Shown: piece after piece, positions 52,435-63,000 of the stretch
Layout of the letters: every line of letters starts with the position of its first letter
How positions within the stretch are numbered: position 1 is the stretch's first letter
NCBI GenBank assembly: GCA_963665295.1
Contig: OY762209.1
Coordinates: forward strand, 704,001-768,000
DNA from: Syntrophorhabdaceae bacterium
GTDB lineage: Bacteria > Desulfobacterota > Syntrophorhabdia > Syntrophorhabdales > Syntrophorhabdaceae
Length of the DNA: 64,000 nucleotides
Direction of reading: 5' to 3'
Translations under genes and position numbers: made by a program
Notes under the pieces: model-generated
Database searches by the model: none
The model's input: the letters and a program-made list of their open reading frames with translations, nothing else
What the model was told of the DNA's origin: nothing

Positions 52435-52829
52435 GACTTCTCCTCGCTCGACCCCTTGAGCAGCTCGGCCACTTTTTTTTGGACCTCGATAATGAGCTCC
52501 GCCTGTTTCAGTTTATGGGTGAGCCTCGTGTTCTCCTTTTCCAGTTCGATGGTGCGACGGATAAGGGGATCAGGCTTTTGTGTGACGGGTCCTCTCTTTT
52601 TCGGGATGAGGCCCTGGTGAACCTGACGCCGCCATGAGGTGAGGCTCGATGAATAAAGTCCCTCTCTGCGCAGAAGCGCCCCTATCTCACCCTTCCCGGT
52701 ACAGTTCTCCACCTCCTTGAGGATACGGAGCTTGTACGCCGCGGTGAATTTCCGGCGAACTGCCTTTTCCGGTACTTCCGGATCGGGGACTACCCTTGGT
52801 GATGCCATGACTGATTTCTTTTCTTCCAC
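52431..52829 (-). CDS. IS3 OrfA
   Basis: Protein identical to 13308..13706. Confidence 0.9.
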   Translation of the reverse strand: MEEKKSVMASPRVVPDPEVPEKAVRRKFTAAYKLRILKEVENCTGKGEIGALLRREGLYSSSLTSWRRQVHQGLIPKKRGPVTQKPDPLIRRTIELEKENTRLTHKLKQAELIIEVQKKVAELLKGSSEEKS

Positions 52830-52948
52830 GATCGTTCTTTCCTTCCCGCCCCCAAGAGTCTAAACTATTGGGTGGGAAGTGTCTCACTTATATTGGCACG
52901 GAGGGTATGTGGACCCCGATGATTCCGACTGATTTAGTTTTTCCCAGT

Positions 52949-53148
52949 AGGGTAGTAGGATCATTCCCCGACGGGAACTCGGCGCTTATGCTCGTGGCGG
53001 CCCGCTTACGACACATCGCAGGGACCAAATGGGGAATGAGCCAGTACCTGAAGATGGACCGCCTTAAAGGCGATACCGCTGAAGGGATACAGATATAACC
53101 GGATGGATGGGATTGCCATGAAAAGTGCGAAAAAGTATTGACAGTATC
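52949..53148 (+). pseudogene. IS256-family remnant: transposase C-terminus plus right end
   Basis: RVVGSFPDGNSALMLVAARLRHIAGTKWG..YL, followed by IR-like aaagtgcgaaaaagtattgacagtatc. Confidence 0.7.
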
Positions 53149-53482
53149 ACCTTCATTAATAGACCTGCGGTGCAGCTTGTAGCTGGCCGACATCGCAGAC
53201 TACATTCCCCTCGTCGGAGGGCTTCCCGTTATTCCAACCTTGCCCCACTCGTTCATTGTCCTCCCTTTCTATTCTATATTCAAGCCCATGAATGCGAGAC
53301 GACATCACGAAATGCGGTTTGGAAGCAATCATCCTCGCGAAGGCACCAGATAGCATTTCAAGAAATTGGAGGCAGGTCTCTTTCCATGAGGTATCTGCCA
53401 TTTACGGTCTCCATCGCCGTTTACGTGTTTCAGCGCAACGAAGCCAACAACATCCGGGTCTCTCGTTGGCACCACCCTACCT

Positions 53483-54271
53483 TCAAATAGTGGGCACCGG
53501 AATACGACTGAGGGGAATATTCATGGCTCCGTTTGTACAATATCCTTTTTCGGAGATTTCCTTGAGTCTCAGCGTCGACTCTTTGTCGCAAAGTCGAATA
53601 AGATAATTGAGGAGGTTATCTTGTGAACTATCGCCCTTGCCATACACAATAATGCAGTTTGATGGAAGATATGTGTCTCTGAAAATGGGCAGTGTCCTGC
53701 TATTATAATGGCCATGGTTATCAAGATCGTGGTCTGACACGAGGCAGACTGTTCGTGCAACGTTTCGCCTGTCCCGGTTAAGGCTTTCTATAATACACAG
53801 CCATCCATATTTTTCTGGAGGAATCTCCTGAGGGCAATTTCGAAAAAGAGAGGCCCCGCTCTGTGGGAATTCGACGTTATAGATGGATGGGTCCGATGTA
53901 GGTCGGACTTGACACTGGACTATTCCGCTCGCTGACACCAAATCACCACGGACTTCCTTTGTATTCGTATCTACGCCTATGATCAAGTCGAACGAGGACA
54001 AATATAGCATGAGATCGGCCTCGTTAGGGATAACCTGATCGTGTATGCGGGTGAGAACCTTTTCCTTTCCTGATTGGCCGATATAGTGCGTTTGAGAGAA
54101 AAGCACGGCAGGCTTGACCGTGCTATCGTCATAGGCAATGCCACCCTCAATCGTCATCTTCTCGCGGTCGTAATGGAAGGCTTTTATGGGCACAGGATAT
54201 CCGACTATGGCAGTGTGTAGCCTTGGTTTCTTGGCGGGATTGCGGTTCTTGTGTTTCTTGCTTCGCCCCAT
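53483..54271 (-). CDS. Hypothetical protein, possible RNase H-like fold
   Basis: 262-aa ORF; IIGVDTN and LVSDHD acidic strand-end motifs. Confidence 0.6.
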   Translation of the reverse strand: MGRSKKHKNRNPAKKPRLHTAIVGYPVPIKAFHYDREKMTIEGGIAYDDSTVKPAVLFSQTHYIGQSGKEKVLTRIHDQVIPNEADLMLYLSSFDLIIGVDTNTKEVRGDLVSASGIVQCQVRPTSDPSIYNVEFPQSGASLFRNCPQEIPPEKYGWLCIIESLNRDRRNVARTVCLVSDHDLDNHGHYNSRTLPIFRDTYLPSNCIIVYGKGDSSQDNLLNYLIRLCDKESTLRLKEISEKGYCTNGAMNIPLSRIPVPTI

Positions 54272-54369
54272 GCAAGCACCCCTTGTTTGTCTTGGTCATA
54301 AACTCAGCGAGCGGTTCCACTGGCTTGTTGTGCCATCAACTTGCATAAATACGGGATCATCTGACCTAG

Positions 54370-55587
54370 TGTCACGTCACTCATCTAATGTCGGATAAAG
54401 TCGCCTAAGTTTCACCCGCGCATCCTTAGTAGTAAATTGCCAGTTCACCTTTGCGTTGAGATTGTCGCGATGGGCCTGCCAGGCAGACACGGCGGAGTGG
54501 ACCTCGGCGAGAGTGTCGATCCGGCGACTCAGGCATTGATGAATGAGCACGTTAAGCTCAATCTCCGCCATATTGAGCCAGCTTCCATGTTTGGGAGTAT
54601 AGACGAATTCAAAGCGGTCCCAGATGCGTTTGGCCTCTTCGGGAGAAAAGGCTTCATAAAGAGAGCCGGGTTTATGGGTGTTCAGGTTATCCATGACAAG
54701 GGTGATCCTTTTGGCCTTTCCATACCGTCCTGAAAGTTCCCGGATGAACTCCGCCCAGTCGCGCTTCGTTCTCCTTTCCGATACCTTGGTCAGGCGCGTG
54801 CCCGCCAATGGTTCGTTGGCCATAAATACGGTACAGACGCCACATCGCTCGTATTCGTAGTCGTGACGCTCGAGCCGTCCCGGAGCGCGGGGAATCGGGG
54901 TACGCGTTTCTTTGATCAGTTGTCTTGGGGTTTCATCCATACAGACCACCGGGAATCTTTTATCATACGGGCGTTTATATACATCGAGTACGTTCTCCAT
55001 GGCGGCGACGAAATCAGCATTGCCCTCCGGTGGAATGACCCATCCTTGCTGCTTCCAGGGTTTTGTTTCGTTTTTTTAAAACCCGACGCACGGTTTCATA
55101 GGAGATATTCTCGATATAATTGAGCGCTACGGCCCGGTTCGCGAGCATACGCAAGGTCCACCTCGCAAAACCTTCTGGTGGTTCGCTACAGCTCAAGGCA
55201 ATGAGGTGGGCCTCGAAATCGCCATCCGCCTTCTTCTCGTAGACTCGCTCTGCTTTGTGTCCGGTAAGGGCAGTCTCAAGTCCTTCTTCCACGAATCGCT
55301 TTTTTACTCTATCTATCTTACGCATGCTGATTCGCAACACTGCCGATATATCCTCGTTCTTCATCGGGTGGTCCTGGAACCGGCCCTGATCGCAATTGAG
55401 AAGAACCAGCGCATTGAGCACCTTTTGGGCTTTATGATTTCCTTTTTGCACCACGCCTTCAAGTTCCTTTCGCTCTTCTTTTTCGAGCACCACCCTATAT
55501 TTTATCATTCGGACCTCCCCATGGTGAAATTTAACCCTTGAGGAGATTCTATATCATACTATACGACATTACAAGTGTGATGTGACA
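54370..55587 (-). mobile_element. IS630-family element, two-ORF type
   Basis: IRs tgtcacgtcac / gtgatgtgaca; CTAG at 54366-54369 and 55588-55591. Confidence 0.92.
54377..55508 (-). CDS. IS630 transposase, split by a probable programmed -1 frameshift
   Basis: HTH ORF 55014-55508; TTTAAAAAAAC near 55070-55080 shifts into KNETKPW...VVCMDE..VMDNLNTH..HGSWLNMAEIE. Confidence 0.88.
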
Positions 55588-56258
55588 CTAGAAACACATT
55601 CAAGTTCTTATCAATATACTCCGTTCTCGATTTGTATTCCTTGGCCAATCGCATGCCCTGTCTACTTGCGGCTTTGAAAGCTCTTTGCATAGCTGCAGCG
55701 TTTTCTTCAAGGTCCCACCATATGTCTTCGATATCTACCCACTGGTATCCGTCGTTGAATGCTAACCTGATGAAGGTTTTGTGTGTATTTATATGTCGAA
55801 GTTCAGTATCGTCATTCAGTACTCTTAGGACGCGCTTCAACGGAGTAATGGAAACGTTTACCGTTTTGCGCAAAGAAGCCAATGCTTTCTGCTGTTGGCT
55901 GGGATCCCTCAACATTCTCTTTGTCGTTTTGCTAACCTCTCCGGATAATGACGCGAGAAACGAGAATAATCTCTCTGCAAGCTCGTAAGACGACGTATGG
56001 TAATTTTGGAGCTGGTAGTGCAGACGTAGAATGGAATGCAAGTCCTTCAAATTGCTCATACCTCTTTCGAACTCACTTACGGAGAATTTGAGCCGTATGA
56101 GGGCATGGCCCAACTCCCCCCAATGAGCCATTACCCCTTCCTCAGGCTGTATTTCACGGTAATGGACTTTCAGAATATGAGGCATGTCAACGTTCTCGAT
56201 CAAGATTAATATTCATTGTGCCATTGAATGCGGTATATCAAATATTCCACCCAACGTT

Positions 56259-57113
56259 TCAGGTATGACGTGGTTCAATTCCTATGCCCTTTTTAGTGAG
56301 TAGCGTTTTGCTCTTGTTGAAGTAATATACTGCTTTATCAAAGGCTTCACCGGGGAATAAATAGTCTCTGCTGAGAAAGGCGCCATTGGACCATAATTTA
56401 AGGAGATCCCTCTGTACAACGATTGTTGCCAACCTCAGGTGCTCAAAAGACCTGCCATTGGACAACGGGTCTGCAAGGCGCATAGAGAATCCTTGTTGTA
56501 AGTGCGGTCTAAGCCAGTCAGCTGGCTTTAGTCTTAGATCTTTGACTATGGCGATGCCAGCAACGCTACGAGGATAGGCTATTAAATAGAGGAATCCCGT
56601 ACTGTCTTCAATGCTGGAACCATCGAATGCATTATTGCTATCATGATACGCAAACCACAATGCTGTTTGAATGTGGTCGACCACGTCTATCCAACGGGTT
56701 TTTAGGCCGTAATGCTGGGCAAGGGCCTCTCGCTCTTCATCCGTGCCAATAGGATCAAAGGTGGGCGCAATAGCGTTGATTACATCGTTGATCCATGTTT
56801 GGTTGGCGTTAATCTGTAAATGTGTTTTGCACCCACGATATAATGAAGGAATAAGTGGATGATTTTTTGTCTGGCCTCTTAGCAGAAAATCCGTGTCCAT
56901 CGTATGCAAGTGGTACTTGAGGCTTCCTATAGCCAACATCAGACCCCTATAATCATAGATGTTTAGGACCGCCCTCTCGGTAGACCGATTGGAGTAATTA
57001 CCCCAATTTCGCTTCACCAGTTCGGTTACTATGGTTTTGTCGATTATGCCTTTGATTCTCCGTTTCTGTGACGCTGAAAGCCAAGGCAGCTCAGCAGTGG
57101 GCATTACGGACAC
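56259..57113 (-). CDS. FRG domain protein
   Basis: LLRGQ..PLIPSLYR, ALAQHYGLKTRWIDV..ALWFA, RPHLQQG, LFP. Confidence 0.85.
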   Translation of the reverse strand: MSVMPTAELPWLSASQKRRIKGIIDKTIVTELVKRNWGNYSNRSTERAVLNIYDYRGLMLAIGSLKYHLHTMDTDFLLRGQTKNHPLIPSLYRGCKTHLQINANQTWINDVINAIAPTFDPIGTDEEREALAQHYGLKTRWIDVVDHIQTALWFAYHDSNNAFDGSSIEDSTGFLYLIAYPRSVAGIAIVKDLRLKPADWLRPHLQQGFSMRLADPLSNGRSFEHLRLATIVVQRDLLKLWSNGAFLSRDYLFPGEAFDKAVYYFNKSKTLLTKKGIGIEPRHT

Positions 57114-57457
57114 TCATCAAATTATCCATTCTTCGCCTTCACGATGGGATGAAGTATCTACTGCATTTAAAACATATTCTGTCCCGAGTGCTTTGAAAAT
57201 GCAAGAGGAATTCTTTGGATCGTGCCAACAAATACCGTCTGAAAGCGAGCTTCACCTATTGAGGGCTAAAAACCCAACTTCAGGGAGTAAGTCACCGAAA
57301 TATGCCTGGCCAGAGTTCTGTACCACAAAACATGATACCCCTTGCGTCCCAAAATTCAGTTCAAGTTATTAATTCTATTTTCTTTTCCTCCTCACAAATG
57401 ATACATTTAAACTTGATCTTGAAGGGGGAGATTCATAATGCGTATCCAGGGGGTAAT

Positions 57458-57658
57458 ATGGCACAGCCGAGAGTTTCCACGCACAGCAAGCACGTCACGG
57501 TACGGCTCACCGAAAAGGAATTAGCTCTCATGGAGAAATACTGCGCCGAAAATGATCTGACCGGAAGCGAATACCTGAGAACCCTCTTGCGCATTCATCT
57601 TGGAATTGCCGAAGACATGCGCATCGTTGCCAAGCTGAAACCTCGTCCAAAAGAATAA
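57458..57658 (+). CDS. Ribbon-helix-helix (CopG/MobC-like) DNA-binding protein
   Basis: KHVTVRLTEKELALMEKYC..LTGSEYLRTLL; RBS aggggg. Confidence 0.75.
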   Translation: MAQPRVSTHSKHVTVRLTEKELALMEKYCAENDLTGSEYLRTLLRIHLGIAEDMRIVAKLKPRPKE

Positions 57659-57803
57659 TTAAATTAAGACTATAAATCCTTAGTCATGGGTTTGTCTTCC
57701 ATAGAAGATTTCTTTTTATTCTCATGCTTATAAGCGTATTATCTATGTATACAATAATTGTACTACATTAAGTAGTACCAACATACCATGCGTAATTTTT
57801 TTC

Positions 57804-57832
57804 TTGACATCTTTTTCTTATTCAAGTACAGT
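57804..57832 (+). promoter_or_regulatory. Sigma-70 promoter of the transfer operon
   Basis: TTGACA-17 bp-TACAGT. Confidence 0.6.
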
Positions 57833-57897
57833 TTGCTCAGCTAGACGATCCGCACCAAGAGACGCAAGTGCTTTTCCGTCACCTGAAGGGGGATGAT

Positions 57898-58422
57898 GTG
57901 ATAAGCCTGGTATCGAAACGACAACGTAACATTCTGCTCACCATGACCGCAGGGGTGGCATTGACGCTCCTGTCGGCACCGGTAAGCAAGCTCCCCAAAT
58001 CCTATTACCTGAATATAAGTCCGAGTGTGCCCCTTGGCATCTATAGGTTGACCTCACCCGTCAATCTTACTGCAGGAGACCTGGTCATCTTTGACCCGCC
58101 TCAAGAGGCACACCCTTATCTCTACGGTCGCCGTTGGCTCCCCGAGGGCTGGCCCCTCATCAAGTATATTGGAGCACTCCAGGGGGACACATACTCCCTG
58201 AAAAATGACTCTTTCTTTGTTAACAGCAAGTATATCGGCCCGGTCTACGACCAGGACGACGAAGGCAGAATACTCCCCAAAATCATAGGTGCCCACACAG
58301 TTGAGTCGGGGATGTTCCTGCCCGTCTCCCCTTATTCCCGCTCTTTCGACGGAAGATACTTCGGCACGGTTCCAGTTAACTCCATCAAAGGCAAAGCATC
58401 TCCCCTCTGGCTTTATTATTAA
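57898..58422 (+). CDS. traF: S26 signal peptidase, TraF-like pilin maturase
   Basis: NISPSVPLGIY, PLIKYIGA..GD, SFDGRYFG; start uncertain. Confidence 0.85.
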   Translation: MISLVSKRQRNILLTMTAGVALTLLSAPVSKLPKSYYLNISPSVPLGIYRLTSPVNLTAGDLVIFDPPQEAHPYLYGRRWLPEGWPLIKYIGALQGDTYSLKNDSFFVNSKYIGPVYDQDDEGRILPKIIGAHTVESGMFLPVSPYSRSFDGRYFGTVPVNSIKGKASPLWLYY

Positions 58423-58431
58423 AGGTAACTC

Positions 58432-59016
58432 ATGCTCCCGGTATTTGTATTGACCGGCGTTATCGGTCTATCTACGCTCTTTGGCACCTGTGGCCCCGAG
58501 GTCCATCCCTCTACTACTCAAGCAATCATTGAAGTAGAGAGCAAGGGCAATCCCCTCGCCATCCACGACAACGACACCGGAGTATCCTATTCCCCTTCCA
58601 CCCGGACTCAGGCCCTGGAGATCGCAACCAGGCTCTTGAGCCGCCGTCATTCCATAGACATCGGCCTCATGCAGGTCAACTCATGGCACTTGAGAAAGAA
58701 AAAGATCGACTGCGAGAGCCTCTTCGACCCCTGCTTCAACATCAGAACCGGGACGGAGATCCTCGCGGCCTTCTACCGTAAACATAGAGAAAAGAGCCCT
58801 TCTGATCCTCCTGATCTTACCCTTCTTAAATCCCTTTCCTCCTATAATACCGGCACTCCATATAAAGGCACCCGCTACATCACGAAGATCCTCAAGAAAG
58901 CCCGCTCCGCAGACCACGTACCCACCGCTCAAAATACCCGTCTCGTCTCAACCCGCACAATTCCATGTCAGCTGCACAATGCAATCACCTATTACCGTAA
59001 GGAGAGTGCCAAATGA
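58432..59016 (+). CDS. VirB1-like lytic transglycosylase
   Basis: AIIEVESKGNP, SIDIGLMQVNS, FDPCFNI, LSSYNTG. Confidence 0.88.
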   Translation: MLPVFVLTGVIGLSTLFGTCGPEVHPSTTQAIIEVESKGNPLAIHDNDTGVSYSPSTRTQALEIATRLLSRRHSIDIGLMQVNSWHLRKKKIDCESLFDPCFNIRTGTEILAAFYRKHREKSPSDPPDLTLLKSLSSYNTGTPYKGTRYITKILKKARSADHVPTAQNTRLVSTRTIPCQLHNAITYYRKESAK

Positions 59017-59978
59017 GCCATGACAATGTCCGGGATCTTCACACGGACACCCACATCCGCCGTCTTTTACAGATGCTTGGTACCGCCCTCGGGTCTCACA
59101 TCACTACCCTTCTCCAAGAGCCCTCGGTAGTGGAACTTATGCTCAACCCCGATGGCCATCTCTGGGTGGATCGTCTGGGTACCGGCAGATCGAATACCGG
59201 CTACACGGTAAGTCCCGCCGACGCTCAGCGTGTAATAGAGCTTGTCGCCAGTTCCACGGGATCGGTGTGCAGCGCCGATCAGCCCATGGTTTCGGCGGAA
59301 CTCCCCGGCAGTGGGAACCGTTTCCAGGGGATGCTACCACCCATTACTTCCACTCCTGTTTTCACCATCAGGAAGAAGGCCCTCATAGTCTTCACCCTGG
59401 ATGATTACGCCAAGGACGGCATCATATCTGAGTCCCAGAAAGAGAAGATCATTGAAGCAGTACAGCATAAGCACAACATCTTGATCGTAGGCGGCACAGG
59501 CTCAGGGAAGACCACCCTCGCCAATGCCGTCCTTAATGAAGTCTCGAAGACCCTGGACCGCTGCATCATTATCGAGGATACCTTGGAGCTTCAGTGCACT
59601 GCCCCGGATACCGTGTTCCTGAGATCACGGGACCATGTCTCCATGAACGACCTTTTGAAGGCCACCATGAGGCTGAGACCGGACCGGATCATAGTCGGGG
59701 AAGTGAGAGGCCCCGAGGCCTTAACCCTCCTCAAAGCCTGGAACACGGGCCACCCGGGAGGTGTGGCCACGGTCCATGCCAATAGTGCCAGAGGAGGGCT
59801 TACCCGCCTTGAACAACTCATACAGGAAGCAATACCCACACCGCAGAAGGCGCTTATCGCCGAGGCGGTGAATATCGTCATCTTCATCGAGCGTTACCGT
59901 CACAGTAGACGGGTCAAAGAAATCGTCGAAGTGACGGGCTTCACGGACGGCGAATACGCCATCCGGAATCTACTTTAA
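59013..59978 (+). CDS. trbB: P-type conjugative transfer ATPase TrbB
   Basis: MLNPDG, GGTGSGKTT, IIEDTLEL, RLRPDRIIVGEVRG, AWNTGHPGG. Confidence 0.93.
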   Translation: MSHDNVRDLHTDTHIRRLLQMLGTALGSHITTLLQEPSVVELMLNPDGHLWVDRLGTGRSNTGYTVSPADAQRVIELVASSTGSVCSADQPMVSAELPGSGNRFQGMLPPITSTPVFTIRKKALIVFTLDDYAKDGIISESQKEKIIEAVQHKHNILIVGGTGSGKTTLANAVLNEVSKTLDRCIIIEDTLELQCTAPDTVFLRSRDHVSMNDLLKATMRLRPDRIIVGEVRGPEALTLLKAWNTGHPGGVATVHANSARGGLTRLEQLIQEAIPTPQKALIAEAVNIVIFIERYRHSRRVKEIVEVTGFTDGEYAIRNLL

Positions 59979-59990
59979 GGAGGTTTTGCT

Positions 59991-60308
59991 ATGAAGCATC
60001 AAACAGTCTTACCGGTTCTGTTGATCCTGGCAGTATTCCTTTTGCTGCCCGCCCTCGCCCACGCGTCAGGTTCCGGTCTCCCGTGGGAGAGCCCGCTTCA
60101 GAAGATTCTTGATTCCATCTCGGGGCCTGTCGCCAAGATCGCCGGTGTCATCGCCATCTGCCTGACCGGCCTTGGCCTTGCCTTCGGGGAAGGAGGAGGG
60201 CTCATGAGAAAGTGCCTGGGTATCGTCTTTGGTTTAAGCATCGCCTTCTCCGCGAGCAGCTTCGGTCTCTCCTTCTTCGGCTTCGCGGGCGGCTGCCTCA
60301 TGAGGTAG
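59991..60308 (+). CDS. trbC: TrbC/VirB2 pilin
   Basis: GLPWESPLQKILDSISGPVA..GLAFGE. Confidence 0.92.
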   Translation: MKHQTVLPVLLILAVFLLLPALAHASGSGLPWESPLQKILDSISGPVAKIAGVIAICLTGLGLAFGEGGGLMRKCLGIVFGLSIAFSASSFGLSFFGFAGGCLMR

Positions 60309-60311
60309 ACC

Positions 60312-60560
60312 ATGGAAGGACATGAGATTCCACTTCACAGGGCATTGACGGAACAGATCCTCATGGGAGGAGTGCCCCGGCCTATTGCGATTCTCAATGG
60401 AACAATAGGGGCGGCTTTTGGGATAGGACTCCACTCCTTCTATGTGATCCCGTTTTGTCTCTTTGTGCATGTCGCAGCGGTTGTCATGACCAAGCGCGAT
60501 CCCCAGTTCTTCGACTGTTTCAGACGGCATATCAAACAGAAGCCTTACTACGGAACGTAA
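60312..60560 (+). CDS. trbD: TrbD/VirB3
   Basis: PLHRALTE.IL.GGVPR, KRDPQF. Confidence 0.9.
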   Translation: MEGHEIPLHRALTEQILMGGVPRPIAILNGTIGAAFGIGLHSFYVIPFCLFVHVAAVVMTKRDPQFFDCFRRHIKQKPYYGT

Positions 60561-60570
60561 TGGAGGTACT

Positions 60571-63000
60571 ATGCTGAATCTTAGAGAATATCACAAGAAG
60601 CCGGACAAGCTTTCAGATTATCTCGTGTGGGCGGCATTGGTCGACAAGGGGGTGGTCCTCAACAAGGACGGCTCACTCATGAGATCCTACATCTTCAGAG
60701 GCCCGGACCTGGACAGCGCCACGCCCGCCGAACTTGTCTCAATCACAGCCCGTCTGAACAATGCAATCAAGCGCCTCTCCGGAGGGTGGGCCATCTATAC
60801 CGAGGCGCAAAGGATACGAAGCCAGGACTACCCGGAGTCGGAGTTCCCCGACCCGGTGACGCTTATGATCGAGGAAGAAAGGAGAGCCTTCTTCTCTGTG
60901 GGCAATCACTACGAGAGCCTTTACTACTTCACTCTTCTCTTTCTCCCTCCTCCTGAGCAGCACCAGAAGATAGAAAAGGCCTTTATCGAAAGAGGCAGGG
61001 GTTACGAAAAAGAGCAGGAGACATACCAGGCTCATCTAAAGACCTTCCTTACGGAATCCGACAGAATCTATTCTCTCCTCTCGGAGATCCTCCCCGAGGC
61101 GAGACCGCTTACGGATTCGGAGACGCTCACTTACCTGCATAGCTGTGTATCTCCGAAGCGCCATCCGGTGAGGGCCCCCGAGATACCCATGTATCTCGAT
61201 GCCCTCTTGGCGGACACACCTTTAGTTTCTGGCTTTGAGCCCCGACTGGGGGAACATCACCTGAGGGTTGTATCGATTATGGGCTTTCCCGGAATGACTG
61301 TACCGGGGATCATGGATAATCTCAACAAGCTCAACTTCGAGTACCGATGGGTGACCAGGTTCCTGCCCCTAGACAAACGGGAGGCCCTCACCGAAATCGG
61401 CAGATACCGACGCCAGTGGTGGGCCAAGAGAAAGGGGATCATGACCCTCATCAAAGAAACCGTCACTCAGACGGAAAGCGCCATGGTGGATAGTGACGCC
61501 ATGAACAAGGCGTCGGATGCCGACGCCGCGTTACAGGAAGTGGCAGATGACGCGGTGAGCTACGGATACTATACCGCGTCCATTGTCGTGTGGGATAAAG
61601 ATTCTCTCTTAGTACAAAAGAAGGTCCGGGCTCTTGAGAAAACCATCAACAGCCTCGGCTTCACGGTAATCAATGAGACTCTCAATGCCGTGGACGCCTG
61701 GTTCGGGAGCCTCCCGGGACTCTGCCGGGCGAACGTGAGAAGGCCCCTCTTAAGTTCTCTGAATCTATCACACATATTTCCCTTGTCGGCGGTGTGGGCA
61801 GGTCCGGAGATGAATGCCCATCTTAACGCCTCGGTCCTCATGCACACACAGACGACAGGGAACACACCCTTCCGTCTCAACCTTCACGTCGATGATGTGG
61901 GGCATACCATGATAGTAGGACCGACAGGATCGGGGAAATCGGTACTCCTTGCTATCCTCGCAGCACAGTTCCGGAGGTACCCGGAGTCCCAGGTCTACTT
62001 CTTCGACAAGGATGGGTCGATCAAAGCGCTCACGGCGGGAGTAGGAGGGGATTTCTACGACCTCGCCGCCGAGACATCGGGAGCGTTGTCCTTTCAACCC
62101 CTGGCCGTAATAGACAACGAGCTTGAGATGTCCTGGGCGGCGGAGTGGGTTTATGACTTCCTGAGAGCGGAGAACGTGGAAGTCAATCCTGATGTGAAAA
62201 AGGCGGTATGGACGGCCTTGAAGTCTCTCTCCTCGTCTCCTCCTGAAGAGCGAACCATCACCGGGCTTACCCTCCTTCTCCAAGACGCCCGGCTGAGGCA
62301 GGCGTTAGAACCTGCGACCCTGAACGGCTCCTTTGGCCGTCTCTTCGATGCAACCCATGACACCCTCTCCTATGGCCGCTGGCAGGTCTTCGAGATGGCG
62401 AAGCTCATGGAGACGAAGGCGGCGGTTCCTCCTGCCCTTTCTTATCTCTTCCATAGGCTTGAACAAAGGTTTGATGGCTCTCCTTCAATCCTCTTCCTTG
62501 ATGAATGCTGGCTCTTCCTGGACAACCCTATATTTGCGGCAAAAATCAGGGAGTGGCTCAAGGTACTGAGGAAGGCGAATGTGGCGGTAGTCTTTGCCAC
62601 CCAGTCCTTGCAGGACGTGGAGAACAGTTCCATTGCGAGTGTCATAAAGGAGTCCTGTCCCACGAAGATTTATCTCCCCAACTCGAATGCCTTGGATGAG
62701 CGGATGGCGGCTATTTATCGTGGCTATGGGCTCAACGACCGCGAAATAGAGATCATCGCCACGGCCACTCCGAAGAGACAGTACTACTACAAGTCGGGTG
62801 CAGGGTCCAGGCTCTTCGAGCTTGCCCTCGGACCCATGGCCCTCGCCTATTGCGGGTCGAGCACCCCGGAAGACCGTAAGATGGTAAGCGTGATCCAGGC
62901 AGGGAGCGGGGACTTTAACGACGAATGGTTGAGATACAAGAACCTCGAAGGAACTTCACCCTTCTTCGAGAAATCTTCACATGTAAAGGAGGCAGTATGA
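60571..63000 (+). CDS. trbE: TrbE/VirB4 ATPase
   Basis: VLNKDGS, RGPDLDSA, DVGHTMIVGPTGSGKS, LDECW, FATQSL. Confidence 0.95.
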   Translation: MLNLREYHKKPDKLSDYLVWAALVDKGVVLNKDGSLMRSYIFRGPDLDSATPAELVSITARLNNAIKRLSGGWAIYTEAQRIRSQDYPESEFPDPVTLMIEEERRAFFSVGNHYESLYYFTLLFLPPPEQHQKIEKAFIERGRGYEKEQETYQAHLKTFLTESDRIYSLLSEILPEARPLTDSETLTYLHSCVSPKRHPVRAPEIPMYLDALLADTPLVSGFEPRLGEHHLRVVSIMGFPGMTVPGIMDNLNKLNFEYRWVTRFLPLDKREALTEIGRYRRQWWAKRKGIMTLIKETVTQTESAMVDSDAMNKASDADAALQEVADDAVSYGYYTASIVVWDKDSLLVQKKVRALEKTINSLGFTVINETLNAVDAWFGSLPGLCRANVRRPLLSSLNLSHIFPLSAVWAGPEMNAHLNASVLMHTQTTGNTPFRLNLHVDDVGHTMIVGPTGSGKSVLLAILAAQFRRYPESQVYFFDKDGSIKALTAGVGGDFYDLAAETSGALSFQPLAVIDNELEMSWAAEWVYDFLRAENVEVNPDVKKAVWTALKSLSSSPPEERTITGLTLLLQDARLRQALEPATLNGSFGRLFDATHDTLSYGRWQVFEMAKLMETKAAVPPALSYLFHRLEQRFDGSPSILFLDECWLFLDNPIFAAKIREWLKVLRKANVAVVFATQSLQDVENSSIASVIKESCPTKIYLPNSNALDERMAAIYRGYGLNDREIEIIATATPKRQYYYKSGAGSRLFELALGPMALAYCGSSTPEDRKMVSVIQAGSGDFNDEWLRYKNLEGTSPFFEKSSHVKEAV

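Larger units (their letters stand above)
51396..52905 (-). mobile_element. IS3-family element, copy 2
   Basis: Same ends and ORFs as copy 1 at constant offset 39123; TA flanks both sides. Confidence 0.92.
54304..56203 (-). pseudogene. Putative HEPN-like protein with its C-terminus displaced by IS630
   Basis: Helical, RHINTH (Rx4H); removing the IS gives ...NVFL|GQMIPYLCKLMAQQASGTAR*, stop at 54304. Confidence 0.55.

Noticed and set aside
52868..53098. ORFs starting MGGKCLTYIGTEGM (also 13745-14062)
   Set aside because: Chimeras reading out of the IS3 end into flanking sequence, not independent genes
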